Below the pieces are notes generated by a model that saw nothing but the letters and a program-made list of their open reading frames with translations, did no database searches and was not told the origin of the DNA. Shown here one piece after another: positions 1 to 13,853 of a stretch of 64,000 nt of DNA. This stretch comes from Eledone cirrhosa (taxonomy: Eukaryota): positions 117,056,001 through 117,120,000 of the forward strand of contig OZ024743.1 of NCBI GenBank assembly GCA_964016885.1, in the 5' to 3' direction. The number at the start of each line of letters is the position of its first letter. Position 1 is the first letter of the stretch. The position numbers and the translations under genes are program-made.

Positions 1-88
<88 letters not shown>

Positions 89-95
89 TGTGTGT
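1..95. repeat. (GA)n/(GT)n microsatellite
   Basis: Direct; representative of dozens of (TA)n, (CA)n and (GA)n tracts across the window. Confidence 0.99.
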
Positions 96-647
96 GGAAG
101 GAGTTGTCCTTATATATAACAAATATTTAAACAGAACACGTTGTAGACTAGACGATTTATGACAAAGCTAATGCAAATATAGTTTTTGAATTAGAACAGT
201 TGATGCAAACATATTTTCCACCATTCTGTCTGAGAGATAAGAGTTACGTATTTTGGAGATTAATGTCTTCTTTTCTGAAAATAACTACGCTTGTGATGGT
301 ACATACAGAAATAATTTTGCCGTGGTCACTATTTATGTTAGGCTGGACGAAGAGCTGGACTGAAATGGTCAGTCTAATTTGCGTGCTGTGCATTTCTTTG
401 GCAAAGAAATTAATTGAGAGACTAATAAGCATTCATACAGAATACAATGTATATTAGACAATATGTGAGAAAATTAATGTACCTAGAACCAGAGAAGCTT
501 GAATCTGAAAACGTTTCTGCGAATAGAATGAGGTGATAACACACTTTTGACTATTCTAATTTTACAATCTGAAAAGGGTGCACTAAAATGTGTTGCTAAA
601 TTGTGTACTATCGACAAAATCCCACTGCCTTGCACATCATTAATTCA

Positions 648-693
<46 letters not shown>

Positions 694-780
694 AGGAAGA
701 TGGAAATAATTTGCCTCAAACACTTTCTTTAATTTTTAGTTTTTAATACTTATTGATTATTTTTCATTGTAATACTCAAC

Positions 781-822
781 ATTTGATAAGATGAATTTTA
801 CTAATACATCGAAACCAGTTAT
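781..822 (+). ncRNA. Degenerate type I hammerhead-like motif with U3-A8 core
   Basis: TTGATAA(783-789)-gatg..catc-GAAA-c ca g-TT; stem I only 2 bp; lies between two (TA)n tracts. Confidence 0.45.
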
Positions 823-1018
823 ACTTTATATACTTTATATACATGATAAAACTCATTTTTAAAAGAATTGTTCCTCTCATTGTTTAAATAATGTCACTTT
901 AACGAATCAAAGAAAGAAAAAAAAAAGGAAAAGGACCCTAGAATATATTTTCCGTGCTATTTCCAATTTCAACTTTTCTCTATAACCACTGTTTTCTTTA
1001 GAACCTTACTTCCCTTTT

Positions 1019-1081
<63 letters not shown>

Positions 1082-1515
1082 ATGTGTGTGTGTGTGTGTG
1101 TGTTTCTGTGTGTGTGTATGTATGCATGTGTGTGCTTGAGTGTGTTCCTTGTGACCTAAGTGAAAGAGAAGTACGATTGCTGCTTTGAGAAAGTAAACGA
1201 AATCAAACGGAATTGCAGGAAAATGACGGACTTCAGGAAAATGAGATCCGTGGTACTTCTATGGCGAAGATTACACGCTGGGATCACTGATTATATAACC
1301 AAAGAAACTATTTCTATGGGAGTGTGGTTGGTACCCGAATCCACATAATATATTAAATATATATTTTAGAGGTACACTCTCTTTCGCCAGGTCCTGGAAT
1401 CTATGTTACCACACCAAATTCACACACACACACACACACACACATACACACACACATGCACCCCCACACCACACACAACAAACACAAAACACACAATTAT
1501 ATATATATATATATA

Positions 1516-1825
1516 TAAACTTATCGACAAACACTTTCTTCCAACACACAAATTCCATAAAATACTAGATAGAGACACAATCTTACTAACCTATTCCACC
1601 ACAGAAAATTAACAATGAAGTTAGAATCTAGCTTCATTGTTTCCGAAGAAAACGGTTTCATCAAACCTATAGAGGATGTCTGATAGTATACAGTTATATA
1701 ACTGATATAGATCAGTCAATATGTCAATAGATCAACCCTCGGAAACGATCGTAAAACAATGACATGAATAGGTAAAATAACACGACTTTGTTATTGTTTT
1801 CATTGTTAAATTAATATCCAATATA
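1516..1825 (+). mobile_element. Naiad-like PLE relic (linker fragment plus pLTR)
   Basis: KLIDKHFLPTHKFHKILDRDTILLTYSTT matches LLDKHFLPQHRYHNIINKNTIKLSCSTT of the PLE at 53857-54231; HHR follows; TA flanks. Confidence 0.75.
1634..1762 (+). ncRNA. Type I hammerhead with long stem II
   Basis: Stem I tcattgttt/aaacaatga (9 bp), core CCGAAGA, ~92-nt stem II region with a weakly paired base, GAAA-CGATCG-TA (palindromic stem III, GUA site). Confidence 0.65.
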
Positions 1826-1970
1826 TATATATTACTTGGTAAATCCGAAAGGTGTGATATTGCCCATGGCATTAAATTGCCTTCCGGTGCCATTTATATA
1901 TTGAATATATATATATATATATATACATATCATATATATATCTTTATATATATCTATCATATATATATAT

Positions 1971-2273
1971 ATTAGAAATTAGAAATTATAAGCTTTCACC
2001 GTATTTTAGACTAAAGAAATTTGTAGCCTGATAGTGGGGTTTATAACCCTCGGAGAAATGGAAAAAGATGAGTGTTGCCGTACATGGGAGCAACATGTAC
2101 GGCAACACTCATCTTTTTCCATTTCTCCGAGGGTTATAAACCCCACTATCAGGCTAGAAATTTCTTTAGTCTAAAATACGGTGAAAGCTTATAATTTCTA
2201 ATTTCTAATTTCAAACTCGCGCACCGTTTCAAAAACATACTTACATGTTTACGTTTATAATTTGCTTGTTTTT
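1971..2273. repeat. Long hairpin insertion (inverted pLTR-like) in (TA)n
   Basis: Arms 1971-2086 / 2094-2209 (116 bp, 1 mismatch), 7-nt loop, ~65-bp extra tail on the right, (TA)n on both sides. Confidence 0.9.
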
Positions 2274-2345
2274 ATATATATATATATATATATATACATA
2301 TACACATATATAAATCCACGTATCTGAATATATATTCTTTATATA

Positions 2346-2531
2346 ATTAATTGTTTCTACTTCAGGCACAAGGCCAGCAATTACCCAGTGCATTACTGGT
2401 ACTTTATTTTATCGACCCCGTAAGGATGAAAGGCAAAGTTAACCTCGGCGGGATTTGAACTCAGTTCATAAAGGGACGTAACTATGCTGGAAAGCATGGA
2501 GTCCGACCCTCTACCGATACTGCCAATTCAC
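2346..2531 (-). mobile_element. tRNA-derived SINE with Deu/Nin-like core
   Basis: A-box TGGCAGTATCGG and B-box GAGTTCAAATCC on the minus strand, core GCCTTTCATCCTTACGGGGTCGATAAA; many copies in the window. Confidence 0.9.
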
Positions 2532-2533
2532 AA

Positions 2534-2700
2534 TAGAACTGTTTCATTCGTATTAAATCATCAAGAGTGTCAAATAAATAAATGAAACAGCTCTAGTCAC
2601 GTGTTAGTCCTTTCTATAAAAATAATTCTTCTTCTCCTCTACTAATGCATTGAGTACCTTATTTAACACTGTTTTTTCCGCTACTCTCTGGAAAACCACC
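2534..2700. mobile_element. Short inverted pLTR hairpin with decayed HHR
   Basis: tagaactgtttcatt...aatgaaacagctcta; same family as 51670-51790 and 59401-59440. Confidence 0.6.
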
Positions 2701-2737
2701 TTTAATTATATACAAATACACACACACACACACAAAA

Positions 2738-2774
<37 letters not shown>

Positions 2775-2940
2775 AATATATATATATATACCTACATACA
2801 TAATACATACACTCATACATACATACACATACATTTATATACATACACACCAGAAAGACACAAGCCCACGCATATATATATATATATATATACATGTATC
2901 TGTGTATTTATGTGGCCGTTTGTGTGAGTGCGTGTGTGTG

Positions 2941-3742
2941 TACGAGGCTGGTTATTCACTCTGTCCTTACTGATTTCTTTTTTCGCTCGAACGATAGCAT
3001 TAAGCGAGAAATACCGACTGAGTGTGGGGGCCAAAATGAATCATCAGCTTTGTAGAAATATTTTAGGGCTAACGCATATTATCCGACTGTAATTTTTCCT
3101 GTGGAAAGAAATGACGTTAAGGCTACAAAATGTGTGAAACATTTAGCCGCATACATTCATGAGCATCTGTATTTGATGGCTTTCTGACTTGATGTGTCAG
3201 TTGCTGTCAAGCAGCCTGAGTGTGATGTGCTGTATTACTTACTAATTTGTGTTTTTCATGTCACCCGATACTACCAACAAGTCTCCGGAGGTCTTGAATG
3301 CCGTGATAACTTAAGATCATAGGTGAGTATACGAATATGCCCGGGAAATGAAAGTTCAGTCATCACAGTTGAAGCATTTAAGTTGCAAGGTCTCAAAAAG
3401 GCATATCAATTGCAGAACAAAACTATAGCGATGTGATTGTTTTCTTCGACAGCCGAGGCATTGTGCATCATGAATATGCAGCAGAATGAGAAAATGTTAC
3501 AAAAGTGTTCCATCCGGAATTACGTCAACTTCTTCGTGATGCAGTTCTGGGCGTCGTAAAACTTCTCTCTGCATCATTACAGACCTCTTGCCCATTCGTC
3601 ACACTGACCCAAGTTTTCTTGGCAAAGAAAGGCATTTTCCTCATTCGCAAAGCTGAGAGACATTCCAGACCCCAGTCGCGCTTCAAACGGTGGAAAAATT
3701 GTTAGACTGAGGGTACGGATAATTTATCGACAAACATTGTAT
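2941..3742 (+). mobile_element. Degenerate mariner transposon
   Basis: Starts TACGAGG; 3440-3550 encodes VFFDSRGIVHHEY..VTKVF..LRQLLRDAV (mariner catalytic region); right end uncertain. Confidence 0.7.
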
Positions 3743-4091
3743 TCTCTACAATGTATATTGCGTATATTTGTTCTTTTGTTTTATAGCAGCGTTCTGTTTG
3801 ATGCACCCAGTTAAAACAGTTCCTTCAATATGAGGCATATGGTTTTTACTTATTAGTTTAGTGTCATTGCATAGTTGCAGCTGATTAAAATTGTAAGTGA
3901 AGTGCCTAATTCGAGTGTTGGATCGGAAAGAAGTGTAAACAAAGAGAGAACAGTGACCGGTTGGGGAAACATATGAGACAGATGGTAGTGTTTTTGCCAC
4001 TGTTGTTAAATAATTTCCAATATATCTGGCAAACGTTTATGAGAAGTAGAAAGTAGTGTGTGCGTGTGTGTGTGAGGGAGAGAGAGAGGAT

Positions 4092-4164
<73 letters not shown>

Positions 4165-4508
4165 TGTGTTAGCGAGAGAGAGAGGGAGAAAATGTAAACA
4201 TGGAAAGAGAAGCACAGAGCGACAGAATAAACCTTCCTGTTAAAAGCACGAGAAGGACGTAGCGAGAGACGCCGAGAACAACGCACAACTGCAGTAGTCA
4301 AAAGCGTCTATGAAGATAAGGAATTGAAGTTATAAAGACGAAGAGACAGAAACAGAAATATATACTGATAGAGAGGCAGAAAGATAGAGATAGCAAATGT
4401 TAAAGGAAGAAGAACCAGGAATGGGAAGAGGACTAAAACATCGAGAGACCGATGTGAGGTAACAGTGATGATACAAACGAAATAGGAGAGGGCATGAGAC
4501 ACACACAA

Positions 4509-4567
<59 letters not shown>

Positions 4568-4570
4568 TAT

Positions 4571-4720
4571 AGGAAAATGTATGACCCCGACGGCAGAGCT
4601 CTGCCGTCGGGGTCATACATTTCCCTATTAACCACTCTACTACCCTATTACCCACTCTACTAAGTATTGAGTACTCTGGTGCGTTAAGGTCCATCTGGTT
4701 CATCACCACAACTCCTTTGT

Positions 4721-4721
<1 letters not shown>
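4571..4721 (+). mobile_element. Minimal palindromic PLE pLTR insertion
   Basis: Loopless 24-bp arms around GAGCTC plus tail; nearly identical to the pLTR at 54417-54524; (TA)n flanks. Confidence 0.85.
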
Positions 4722-4796
<75 letters not shown>

Positions 4797-4800
4797 TATA

Positions 4801-5012
4801 TTAGAAAGTGAGATTTTTTACAAAATGAAAAATAACCGAGGTGTCGTACACGAGTGAAAGTATAAGAAAAAAAGATGAAATCGAAAATGCAACTGGAGTC
4901 TTTTTTTCTTTAAATATATATATTTATTTATTTGGTTCCTTTACCGGTTTCGCAGTTCTTCTGCTTTTCAAAAGTAGAGTTGAGATGGAGGGTCTGTGGT
5001 TTTTCTCTCTCA
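4801..5012 (-). mobile_element. Solo pLTR-like element with HHR (family of 13926-14280)
   Basis: High identity to 13926-14132. Confidence 0.85.
4938..4974 (-). ncRNA. Minimal type I hammerhead, U3-A8 variant
   Basis: ctt-TTGAAAA-gcag aagaa ctgc-GAAA-ccgg-TA-aag. Confidence 0.75.
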
Positions 5013-5108
5013 CACACACACACATATACACATATATATATATATATGTATGTATATGTACATACATACATGCATACATAAATAAATACACACATACATA
5101 CATACATA

Positions 5109-5670
5109 CCAGATATTATGATATAGGACAGGGAGAAGAAAGCATGCACAGTCGTGGAAATTAGCTGCCCAGCAGATGCCAATATAATATCAAAGATTAG
5201 CGAAAGGGAGAATATTTATGCAGAACTGATGAGAAATCTGCAGATACTCCACCCTGATTACACCTTCAGATTTATGCCTGTGATTACTCTGGGCACTGGG
5301 GTATGTTAGTAACTGCCTCAATACAAATCTTGAGAAGCTAGGCTTCACAGGAACAGAAAGAATACAAGTAGTTAGGAAATTACAAGTACAATCCATTAAT
5401 GGAACAGTAACAATATGTAAATCATTCCAAAAATGTTGCATCTAATAACTGCATATACACATGTACAGATACAAAGCATGCACACATACAACTCAAAACA
5501 TACACATCCACACATACAATAACATACATATCTACACATGCATGCAGGCATGCATACACAATCTACCTAGTTGATGTTGTGTAAATTCCGATGAGAGCGT
5601 CTTGTGTATATGTTAGAAACCGACTCTCTCTCTATTGGTAAGAATTTGTGAAATTATAAAACCAGTAGAA
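5109..5670 (+). mobile_element. 3' fragment of an R4/Dong-like RLE non-LTR retrotransposon
   Basis: PDIMI*DREKKACTVVEISCPADANIISKISE..YAELMRNLQ..FMPVI..ALG (restriction-like endonuclease); (CATA)n on both sides. Confidence 0.75.
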
Positions 5671-6647
5671 CATACATACATACATACATACATACATACA
5701 TACATACATACATACATAGATGTCTTATACTGTCAAACATTTAGTTGATCATTATATGATTTATGGTCTTGTCGATTCACAGATCATAACGCATCACCAC
5801 TGTTATGGCCTACTGCTTCGTACACGGGGAACACAGCAAGTCCTTATATAACTAGCTGATCACACTATGTTAAAAAAATATAGCTGATCATTATCCGAGA
5901 TTCATTCTCCAGGATAATGGCAACACAAGCATAATTCTCCGCTTTCGTGTTTGCTTTTGCTGTTTTTCTTTTACCATAACAAAAGGACAACTCGAAACAA
6001 TTCTAGTTAGTTGGTTATTAATGGCCTGTCCAATTTTAAGCCATTGAAAATATAAACGCAGATGAGACAGACTTTCCAGATACTCTTTGTTTTTCTTAAA
6101 GATTGATGTATGGTATGTAAATAAATTAATTTATAATATTTTGGTAAATTAAATTTCATTAATTCTGGTTAATGGTTGCGTTTTCATCTTTCTTCCACAC
6201 ATAATTACAGGACACACACAGACACACTCACACACATGCACGCACACACACACACCCACACAAACACACACACACACACAAAGATATATACATAAATACC
6301 CAAACACTAACACATATACATATATGTGCGTGTGAAAGAGGGCTCATGAGTGTATGTTTATATTTAGATGTGTATAAAGCGATTGTGAACATATTCAATT
6401 TAGCATTTATGTTTAGCAACTTTTAACATTTATGTCCTCAGATTAAATCTGAAAACCATGAGGTAAGAGGATAGACTTTGATAAATTTTCCTGCGACAAT
6501 AGGAAGACCATTTTGGTCAGTGTTGACCATCATGTGTCATATATGAAAATAAATGATGGTTATGAAATAGTCATGACGGGAACATCTTGGAACATCCCTT
6601 CTAGTTCAGAGATAACCAGGAATTAAACACATCAATAATTACACCCG

Positions 6648-6821
<174 letters not shown>

Positions 6822-7589
6822 AATAGTAATTGGATGAATAATAAATTTCGTGAAGTTATGCCAAGAATTTTCAAGGTCAATATGTTTTCACAATCAGCAA
6901 ATAGAATGTGCGGCTTCATCAAAGGATACACTATTGGATAAATAAATCTGGATTATTGTACGAGTGATAGGATATAGAGCATTTTAAAAAATGATCCAGG
7001 TCTTCAGAAAGTATTTAACACATAACATACGGTTCTATTTCTTTATCTTGCAATGCAGCTTAATTGAAAATCTCGAGTTAGCAATATTCTTCGCATTTTA
7101 TTTGTTGAAACCCACGTAAGACCAATAAAAATGTTTTAAATTCTTTCCGATTTATTATATATTCAATAGGCGGCGCACAGGACAATGACAATGGAAAACA
7201 ACAACAGAAAGATAGACAGTCCCATCAACTCAGTCAACCTCTGGTAATCACTACGGTTTCGTAGCATTAATGTTGATATCATTCATTCCAGTGCACATTG
7301 AGATATAACAAAACAGGTACAGAGAAATTATGCGTTTAGGCAAATTATACAAAAATAGAAGAAAAAGCATCCCAAAGGGGGTCAATGGACAAAAAAAAGA
7401 GAGAACGGTACGCAAGTAGTAAAAAATAGAAAGGAGGGAAATAGTAAAACAGAAGGGAATAATAAAGATTGTAGTCCAGCGTGCGGACAAAGAAGTATGA
7501 CACTGAGGTGTAGAAAAGGTAAGAAGGAAGAACAGAGAAACCCAGACCAGACGGCGTGATGTCTGTTATATGATAGTTTCAAAATAAAC

Positions 7590-7985
7590 CTTCTTCTTCT
7601 TCTTCTTCTTCTTCTTCTTCTTCTTCTTCTTCTTCTTCTTCTTCTTCTTCTTCTTCTTCTTCTTCTTCTTCTTCTTCTTCTTCTTCTTCTTCTTCTTCTT
7701 CTTCTTCTTCTTCTTCTTTTTTGCCCACACTTATTCCTGAGAGCGTCGTGGGGGCCAAACACTCCCTCCAGCGAGTCCTGTCAGAAGCAACCGTCTCCAA
7801 CTGATCCGGCTGGATGCCCAAGCGTAACCAGCCAAGCTCATGGATGTTATCCAACCATCTTGCTCGGGATCTACCCCTGTGTCTCCTACCTGTGGGTTTC
7901 GACCGTAACATTTGTCCAGCGATTCTTTCCTGAGACATTCTAACCACATGACCATAGTAGAGCTATGATCTCTCAATTTGGAGAG
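7590..7985 (-). mobile_element. RTE-clade LINE 3' end with (GAA)n tail
   Basis: VRMSQERIAGQML..PTGRRHRGRSRARWLDNI..DRTRWR; homologous to 22368-23850 and 28800-29240. Confidence 0.85.
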
Positions 7986-10014
7986 ATAAATCTCTTCCTT
8001 AGGGGTAACAATTTGACTGGCATTGTATTTTATTGGCTTCGCAAAGATAAAAAATAAAGTTTAAGTAGATGAGATTTAAAATCTAAAATTATAGAGCTAT
8101 AACTAAAGACCGTCAGGTATTCTGTCCGACATTCTAAAAATTCTGCGAATCGACCACTCTCAACATATATATCGCTTTCTAGTTCAGACATCCTGGAAAA
8201 TGTTTGTGAGGAAAGAAAAGTCGATTAACTCGATCACAGTACGTGATTGCTGCTGCTTATTTTATCGAAACAGGAGGGATGAAAGACAATCATAAAACTG
8301 GTGGGATTTGATCTCAGTAAGTAAATAGCGGGAATTAAATATCTCGAAGCATTATCCGACGAGCTAACAATCCTGTCAATCCACCAACTTCAACATGAGG
8401 AAAAGCAAATTTGACCTCGTCTAGATTTGAACTCGGCATACTAAAATATTAAGAAGAAAACTGATATATTAAATTTAGAGACTGTAATTGAAAGTGCTAG
8501 TATATTAATTCATATGAATTCCGTCTGAATACTTTCACCTGGTATCAATATCTCTAAAGAGATATTATATCTATATAAAAAAAATTACAGTTTCCCTCAT
8601 GCAAATTTTGCTGATTTTAATAAGTATAACTCAACAATACATTGCCTTCATAAGTGTGTAGGGTGCATGTATTCCAGCGTTAAGAAGTTAACTAAGCAAC
8701 GGTTGATGGACACGATTAGCAATTGATATTAGTTAACTGAGGAATGACTTCTAATGCTGTAACGCATCCTTCCCGAAATAGCTAGCACATTTCTAAATAG
8801 AATAAATTGTGTAAAGTATTTCTGATTAAAAACGGAATTGTCGCTACTTGAGTTGGTTTTATCATAGATTTGTTCAATGAGATTTAATCTGGGATTAAAA
8901 TAACCACAATATCTTAAAACTACAAATAGGGGAGATAACTCCTATGTGATCAATTAAATAACATTTTGGAAAATATATACCATACAAATTAGAGTGGTTA
9001 GCGACGGCCATGTTTCAGTATTATTGGACCTGACATGCACGAAGATTATTCTCTTAAGAAAATTTATAATTGATTATTCTATATAGAAGGAGTGCAATGT
9101 CACTGAGTGAATATCAACAATATGTCAAAAGAAAGGTAACTCAAAGGAGCGTTCTACATACAAAATATACTTACGTTAGATTCTCAAATACAGATGTGTA
9201 TTTATTATGAAGGACGCAGGGCCGGAGAAAATCTTTTTGAGAAGCTTTACACCTACACGCTTAATGTGAACTCCGTAGTTAAAGCTTGCAAAAAAAAAAA
9301 AAATTAATGACAAACATAATTAATTAGAATAAAATGGTGCTTACTCTTTCCTTGATGCCATGTTTAGCACGTGTTTATTTATCTTAATAGTTAATACAAC
9401 ACTGGCAGAACGTTCCATCAGCTACATTACTGATATTCATAACCTGTGTATGCAAATTGCCTCGCTTTTTATATACGCCATATAGTTTTACATCTAGCTA
9501 ACTTACTAGAAAGTATTTTGCGGAAAACATAAAAAGAGGGAGAAGGATATTGGCAGCTTTTACTAGTTGTCCTCAAAGATAAGAATAACTTCTCCCTGCA
9601 CCAAATTTCTTTTCACTAAGTTTCATTTAGTTGATCGTATTGGAGTTATCTTCATTTTAAACACATTTATAGGGATGTTTCGTTTACTAATTCGGTGTAA
9701 AACCACAAATAGTCAAAGTTTTCAACTCACTGCTCAATATATTACGTATTTGAGAAGGCTTTATGAGTGTCAAGAATGCGGAACACTCAGCTTAGTTACT
9801 CTGTATACTCCCAAGCATTCATACACACATATATCTATGTATATATATATATAGATATGTGTGTGTGTGTTTTTTTTAAAAATATATAAATATATACATA
9901 TATATGTATATATATATGTACATATGTATATTTTTCTATATATATGTATATATATATATATCAGATATTCATATATATATATATATATATATATACGTGT
10001 GTGTGTGTGTGTGC

Positions 10015-10054
<40 letters not shown>

Positions 10055-10871
10055 GTGTGTGTATATATATATCTATATATGAACAAATGGGAAAGTAAGT
10101 GATCATGCAGGCACAGACATGTGCGTGATCACACACCGTCGCACGCAGACAGTCATAAAACTGTCAATCGTAAAACGATTGATATCTTCTGCCAAATGAC
10201 ACAGTTGCTATTGTGTAGGCCTTTTGATGAGTAAAACCCTTAGAACGAAGTAAATGAATAAATAAATGCGACAAAACAATGAATAAAAAGGTTATGCATT
10301 ATTAGAAAAATAAAGAGATGCATATCGCACAGATACGAACAGACATATATATATTCATGCATACACACGCCCATAAATACATACACACATAGACACATGC
10401 ATACACATACACATACATATACACACATACATACGCACATACACATTCATACATACATACATACAAAAACAATAATGGCAACAACCATGACATGAACAAA
10501 ACTATCACCAACATTTCAAATAATTGTATAGCTTTATATGGTTAAAATTATTAATTCATTTTTAGATCAAATCAATGTGTGTATTTATGTGAATCTGATA
10601 AATCTTTCATTACTGTTAATATACATGCCATTTTTTCATTGAATGGGTAGAGAAATGCTTAGCAAGGCTGTTAACGTCTATTGGCATTAACATTAAAAGG
10701 GAATTGACTGAAACCGCCAGTTTGTTATTAGCAGTTCACTTATGTACATTGATATTCTACTGGTAAGTAAAGTTGAATAAAATTCCAGAACGTAATAAAA
10801 TATAATAATTAAAATCTTATTATCATAATCATATTTTAACGTTTAATATTCCAGGTGTTTATTTTGTTTAT

Positions 10872-10924
<53 letters not shown>

Positions 10925-11001
10925 AAGAGAAAGTGAGTAATATATATATATATATATGTATATATATGTGTGTGCCTGTGTGTGTGTATGTGTGTGTGTG
11001 T

Positions 11002-11068
<67 letters not shown>

Positions 11069-11639
11069 CAAATAATAAACTGGAATTTAAAACGTTAGCA
11101 TATGACTACGAAAATAAGTTTTTAATCATTTCATATTTCTCATGTGTTCTGTTACATTTTCGAAAGCTTGCTTTCATTTTCTCTGGCTGTATTATGTATC
11201 TCATTGGTTCTATATCAGTTTCCTGACGAAATAGGAATTTATGCTTGAATGCTAAATAAAGTATTGATTTTTAATTGTAGGATGGATTAATTGACTGATT
11301 CTGTATACTGTCGCTACATTTATCTCCATGACGGAATTTGATAAACAACCTTGGTGTTCCTTTGACATTCTGTTTGCATATATATACAGGGGAGCGGGCA
11401 TTCGATTAATGAACATCGCTGTTTGTCCGTTCCCTTATCACTTCAATTTAGGATTACCTCCTTGATTGTAATTTTATTATATAAGACGCTCTCTGGTGGG
11501 AGCATGTCAGTGGCTTATACGCCGAATTCCGTAACCAATGTCGTCCTCGAAATATGTATCACCGCATTATCAATAAAGGACTTAATCATCTTAACTTTGT
11601 ATTTCCTTATTCTCTCTCCCTCTACACACACACACACAT

Positions 11640-11694
<55 letters not shown>

Positions 11695-11695
<1 letters not shown>

Positions 11696-12000
11696 TAGCA
11701 GCAGTACACAGCGTTGCCTGGGTAGGTAAAATAATATCTGCTTTGATGAAAAGGTGTTGATCTTAGCGACTGCTTCTCAATGACTCATCTATGGCCACAC
11801 ACAGGCTATGCGGAGGAGGGTGGTGATGACCTCTATCACTAAGAAACGCGGGTGACAGACGAAGTGGCATGCTGGGGGAGTGAGTTTCGAATTTGAACGA
11901 AATCGGTTGAAAAATGTGGGAGCTAGAGCCGAAAAGGCGAAAATTTGAGCGAAATTTGACCGTCCGGTTGTGGAACCAACCAACCAACCGGAAATTGATA
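11695..12000 (-). mobile_element. Non-autonomous Helitron (3' part)
   Basis: Minus strand ends cccaggcaacgctgtgtactgctgCTAG|T; 5' end not resolved. Confidence 0.7.
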
Positions 12001-12118
12001 AATTCTTTTGAAAAAATTAAAAATGAAAATGTTTTTATTTTTCTGATTTTATAATAAATTAGGGTGATAGTAACTGGTGGGTGTGTTTCTTATTGGCAAC
12101 ATGACCCTCCTAAAGTAT

Positions 12119-12150
<32 letters not shown>

Positions 12151-12155
<5 letters not shown>

Positions 12156-12535
12156 TAAATGGAAACTATATTTATAAAACCATAATTATTTATTATATAT
12201 ATTTCAAGGGCGACCAAGATAAAATGCAGATTTGTTTTATAAATAAATATCGCTGAATAGCTATCCATCGAATTTCAACCGTTGAGGTTTTCTTTTTTCC
12301 GGGTATGTCAATATTTATTTATAAAACAAATCTGTATTTTATCTGATGAAAGCGCACCACAATTTACCTTGGTCGCCCTTGAAATATATAATAATAAATA
12401 ATTATGGTTTTATAAATATAGTTTCCATTTATTAATATATTGTATATTTATTCCAATAACTGTTGAGTGCTTTATATCAGTTATAAAATTTGTTAAGCTT
12501 GTTGAATCCCAACAAATTAAATATAACCTCTGAAT
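12151..12535 (+). mobile_element. Inverted pLTR hairpin element with HHR
   Basis: 12151-12250 is the reverse complement of 12311-12436 minus a 25-nt deletion; tail beyond; (TA)n flanks; partial copy at 30517-30595. Confidence 0.85.
12339..12394 (+). ncRNA. Type I hammerhead ribozyme
   Basis: ttat-CTGATGA-aagcgcacca..tggtcgccctt-GAAA-tata-TA-ataa. Confidence 0.7.
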
Positions 12536-12589
12536 ATATATATATATATATATATAAATATATGTGTGTGTGTGTCTGTGTGTGTAAAT

Positions 12590-13720
12590 ACATGTTTAGA
12601 CCTGAAAATCCGCCTCTTCATTGCTGTAGTGGAGTCTGTGCTGCTGTACGTGTCTGTGACTTGGACACTGACCAAGAAACTCACTCAGATGGGGCATGGG
12701 TGCTACACGAGAATGCTGAGAATGGCTCTGAGCATTAATCAATATACACTGAGGATGAAAAACTCAGAACTGTATGGGAGCCTCCCAAAATGCAGCTCAA
12801 AAGTGACACAGAGGAGACTGAGGTTAGCTGGACATGCTCACCGACATCCAGAGTTTACACTGAACTCAATGCTCCTGTGGGAGCCCCTGCATGGACACAC
12901 TGGAAGATGAAGACCAAGGTTAACGTATGTTGATGCCCTAAGGACAGACACTGGTCTGTTGGAGACGCAGGACATGGCAGCGATAATGAGGGACAGATAC
13001 CACTGGAGAGAACTCGTCCATGGATCTTGTACAGCAGCTTGTTATGAGTGAGGTCCGGGTGAGCTTAAGAAAGAGCAAGGCTCATCCCGGGAGAGCAGTC
13101 TATGACTGGGGAGCTTTCAAGGAAGGTGATAAGCTACAGGAGATGTTCACAGTGGAAGTGAGAAACAGGTTCAGTGCTCTGTATGGAGAGACAGAGGAGA
13201 GAGATATTGGATGGACTGAGGAGAGTGTGACAAGGAGGGAGTGGTGGAAGCAAGTGAGATCCTGGTGCCGGGGAGAAAGAAAAAAGGGAAGCACGTCAGC
13301 TCTGCAGACCCAAAAGTGAGTGCATCCAGAGAACACCTGAAAGCTGCCAAGGACCAATTCTATGCTTATCCTACGGAGGAGAGGATGGATACTGTGGAGG
13401 TGATGAGGGAAGAACTCTGTACCGCTTACACTGATGCCAGAGAGGAGGCACTGATAGAGAAGATCAGAAGTGTGGAGTGAGCGGTTGACAGGTCTGGATG
13501 TAAGGAGAGCTGGATGATCATCAACGAAATCACAGGGAGGAAGAGAAGGTGTTCGAGTCAGAACCAGAGAACAGGGCCCGAAGATAGGAAGAGGAAATGG
13601 CTGGACCATTTTAGGACCCTACTAGGAAAGCCGCCCTCCACAGCCCAGAGAACTGGGTAGATCAGGCGGCTGTTTGAAGAACTGGATATTGAGACAGAGC
13701 CCTTCGCCAGAGAGGAGCTT
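12590..13720 (+). mobile_element. RTE-like LINE fragments in permuted order
   Basis: 12590-13030 C-terminus (KIRLF..VESVLLY..TWTL..RRLRLAGH..LLWEP..RPRLTYVD); 13040-13720 post-endonuclease linker (VEVRNRFSAL). Confidence 0.8.
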
Positions 13721-13786
13721 CAGAGAACAATTGTTTCACCTTAGCTTGTAATGTCCATTAGGATCCTCAGCTCGTAATGTCCATTA

Positions 13787-13824
13787 CGAGCTGAAGATCC
13801 GCTAAGGTGAAACAATTGTTCTCG
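13787..13824 (+). ncRNA. Minimal type I hammerhead ribozyme
   Basis: cgag-CTGAAGA-tccgctaaggt-GAAA-caattg-TT-ctcg; inside hairpin 13723-13823. Confidence 0.75.
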
Positions 13825-13853
13825 GTATGGTTAACTAACTGTTGTGTAACCAC

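Noticed and set aside
2346-2531. tRNA genes at A/B-box sites
   Set aside because: No cloverleaf; these are SINE heads
5588-5632. CCGATGA...GAAA hammerhead in the LINE 3' UTR
   Set aside because: Better explained as a simple gagag/ctctc stem-loop
10567-10762. Candidate exon between an AG and GTAAGT
   Set aside because: Stops in all three frames
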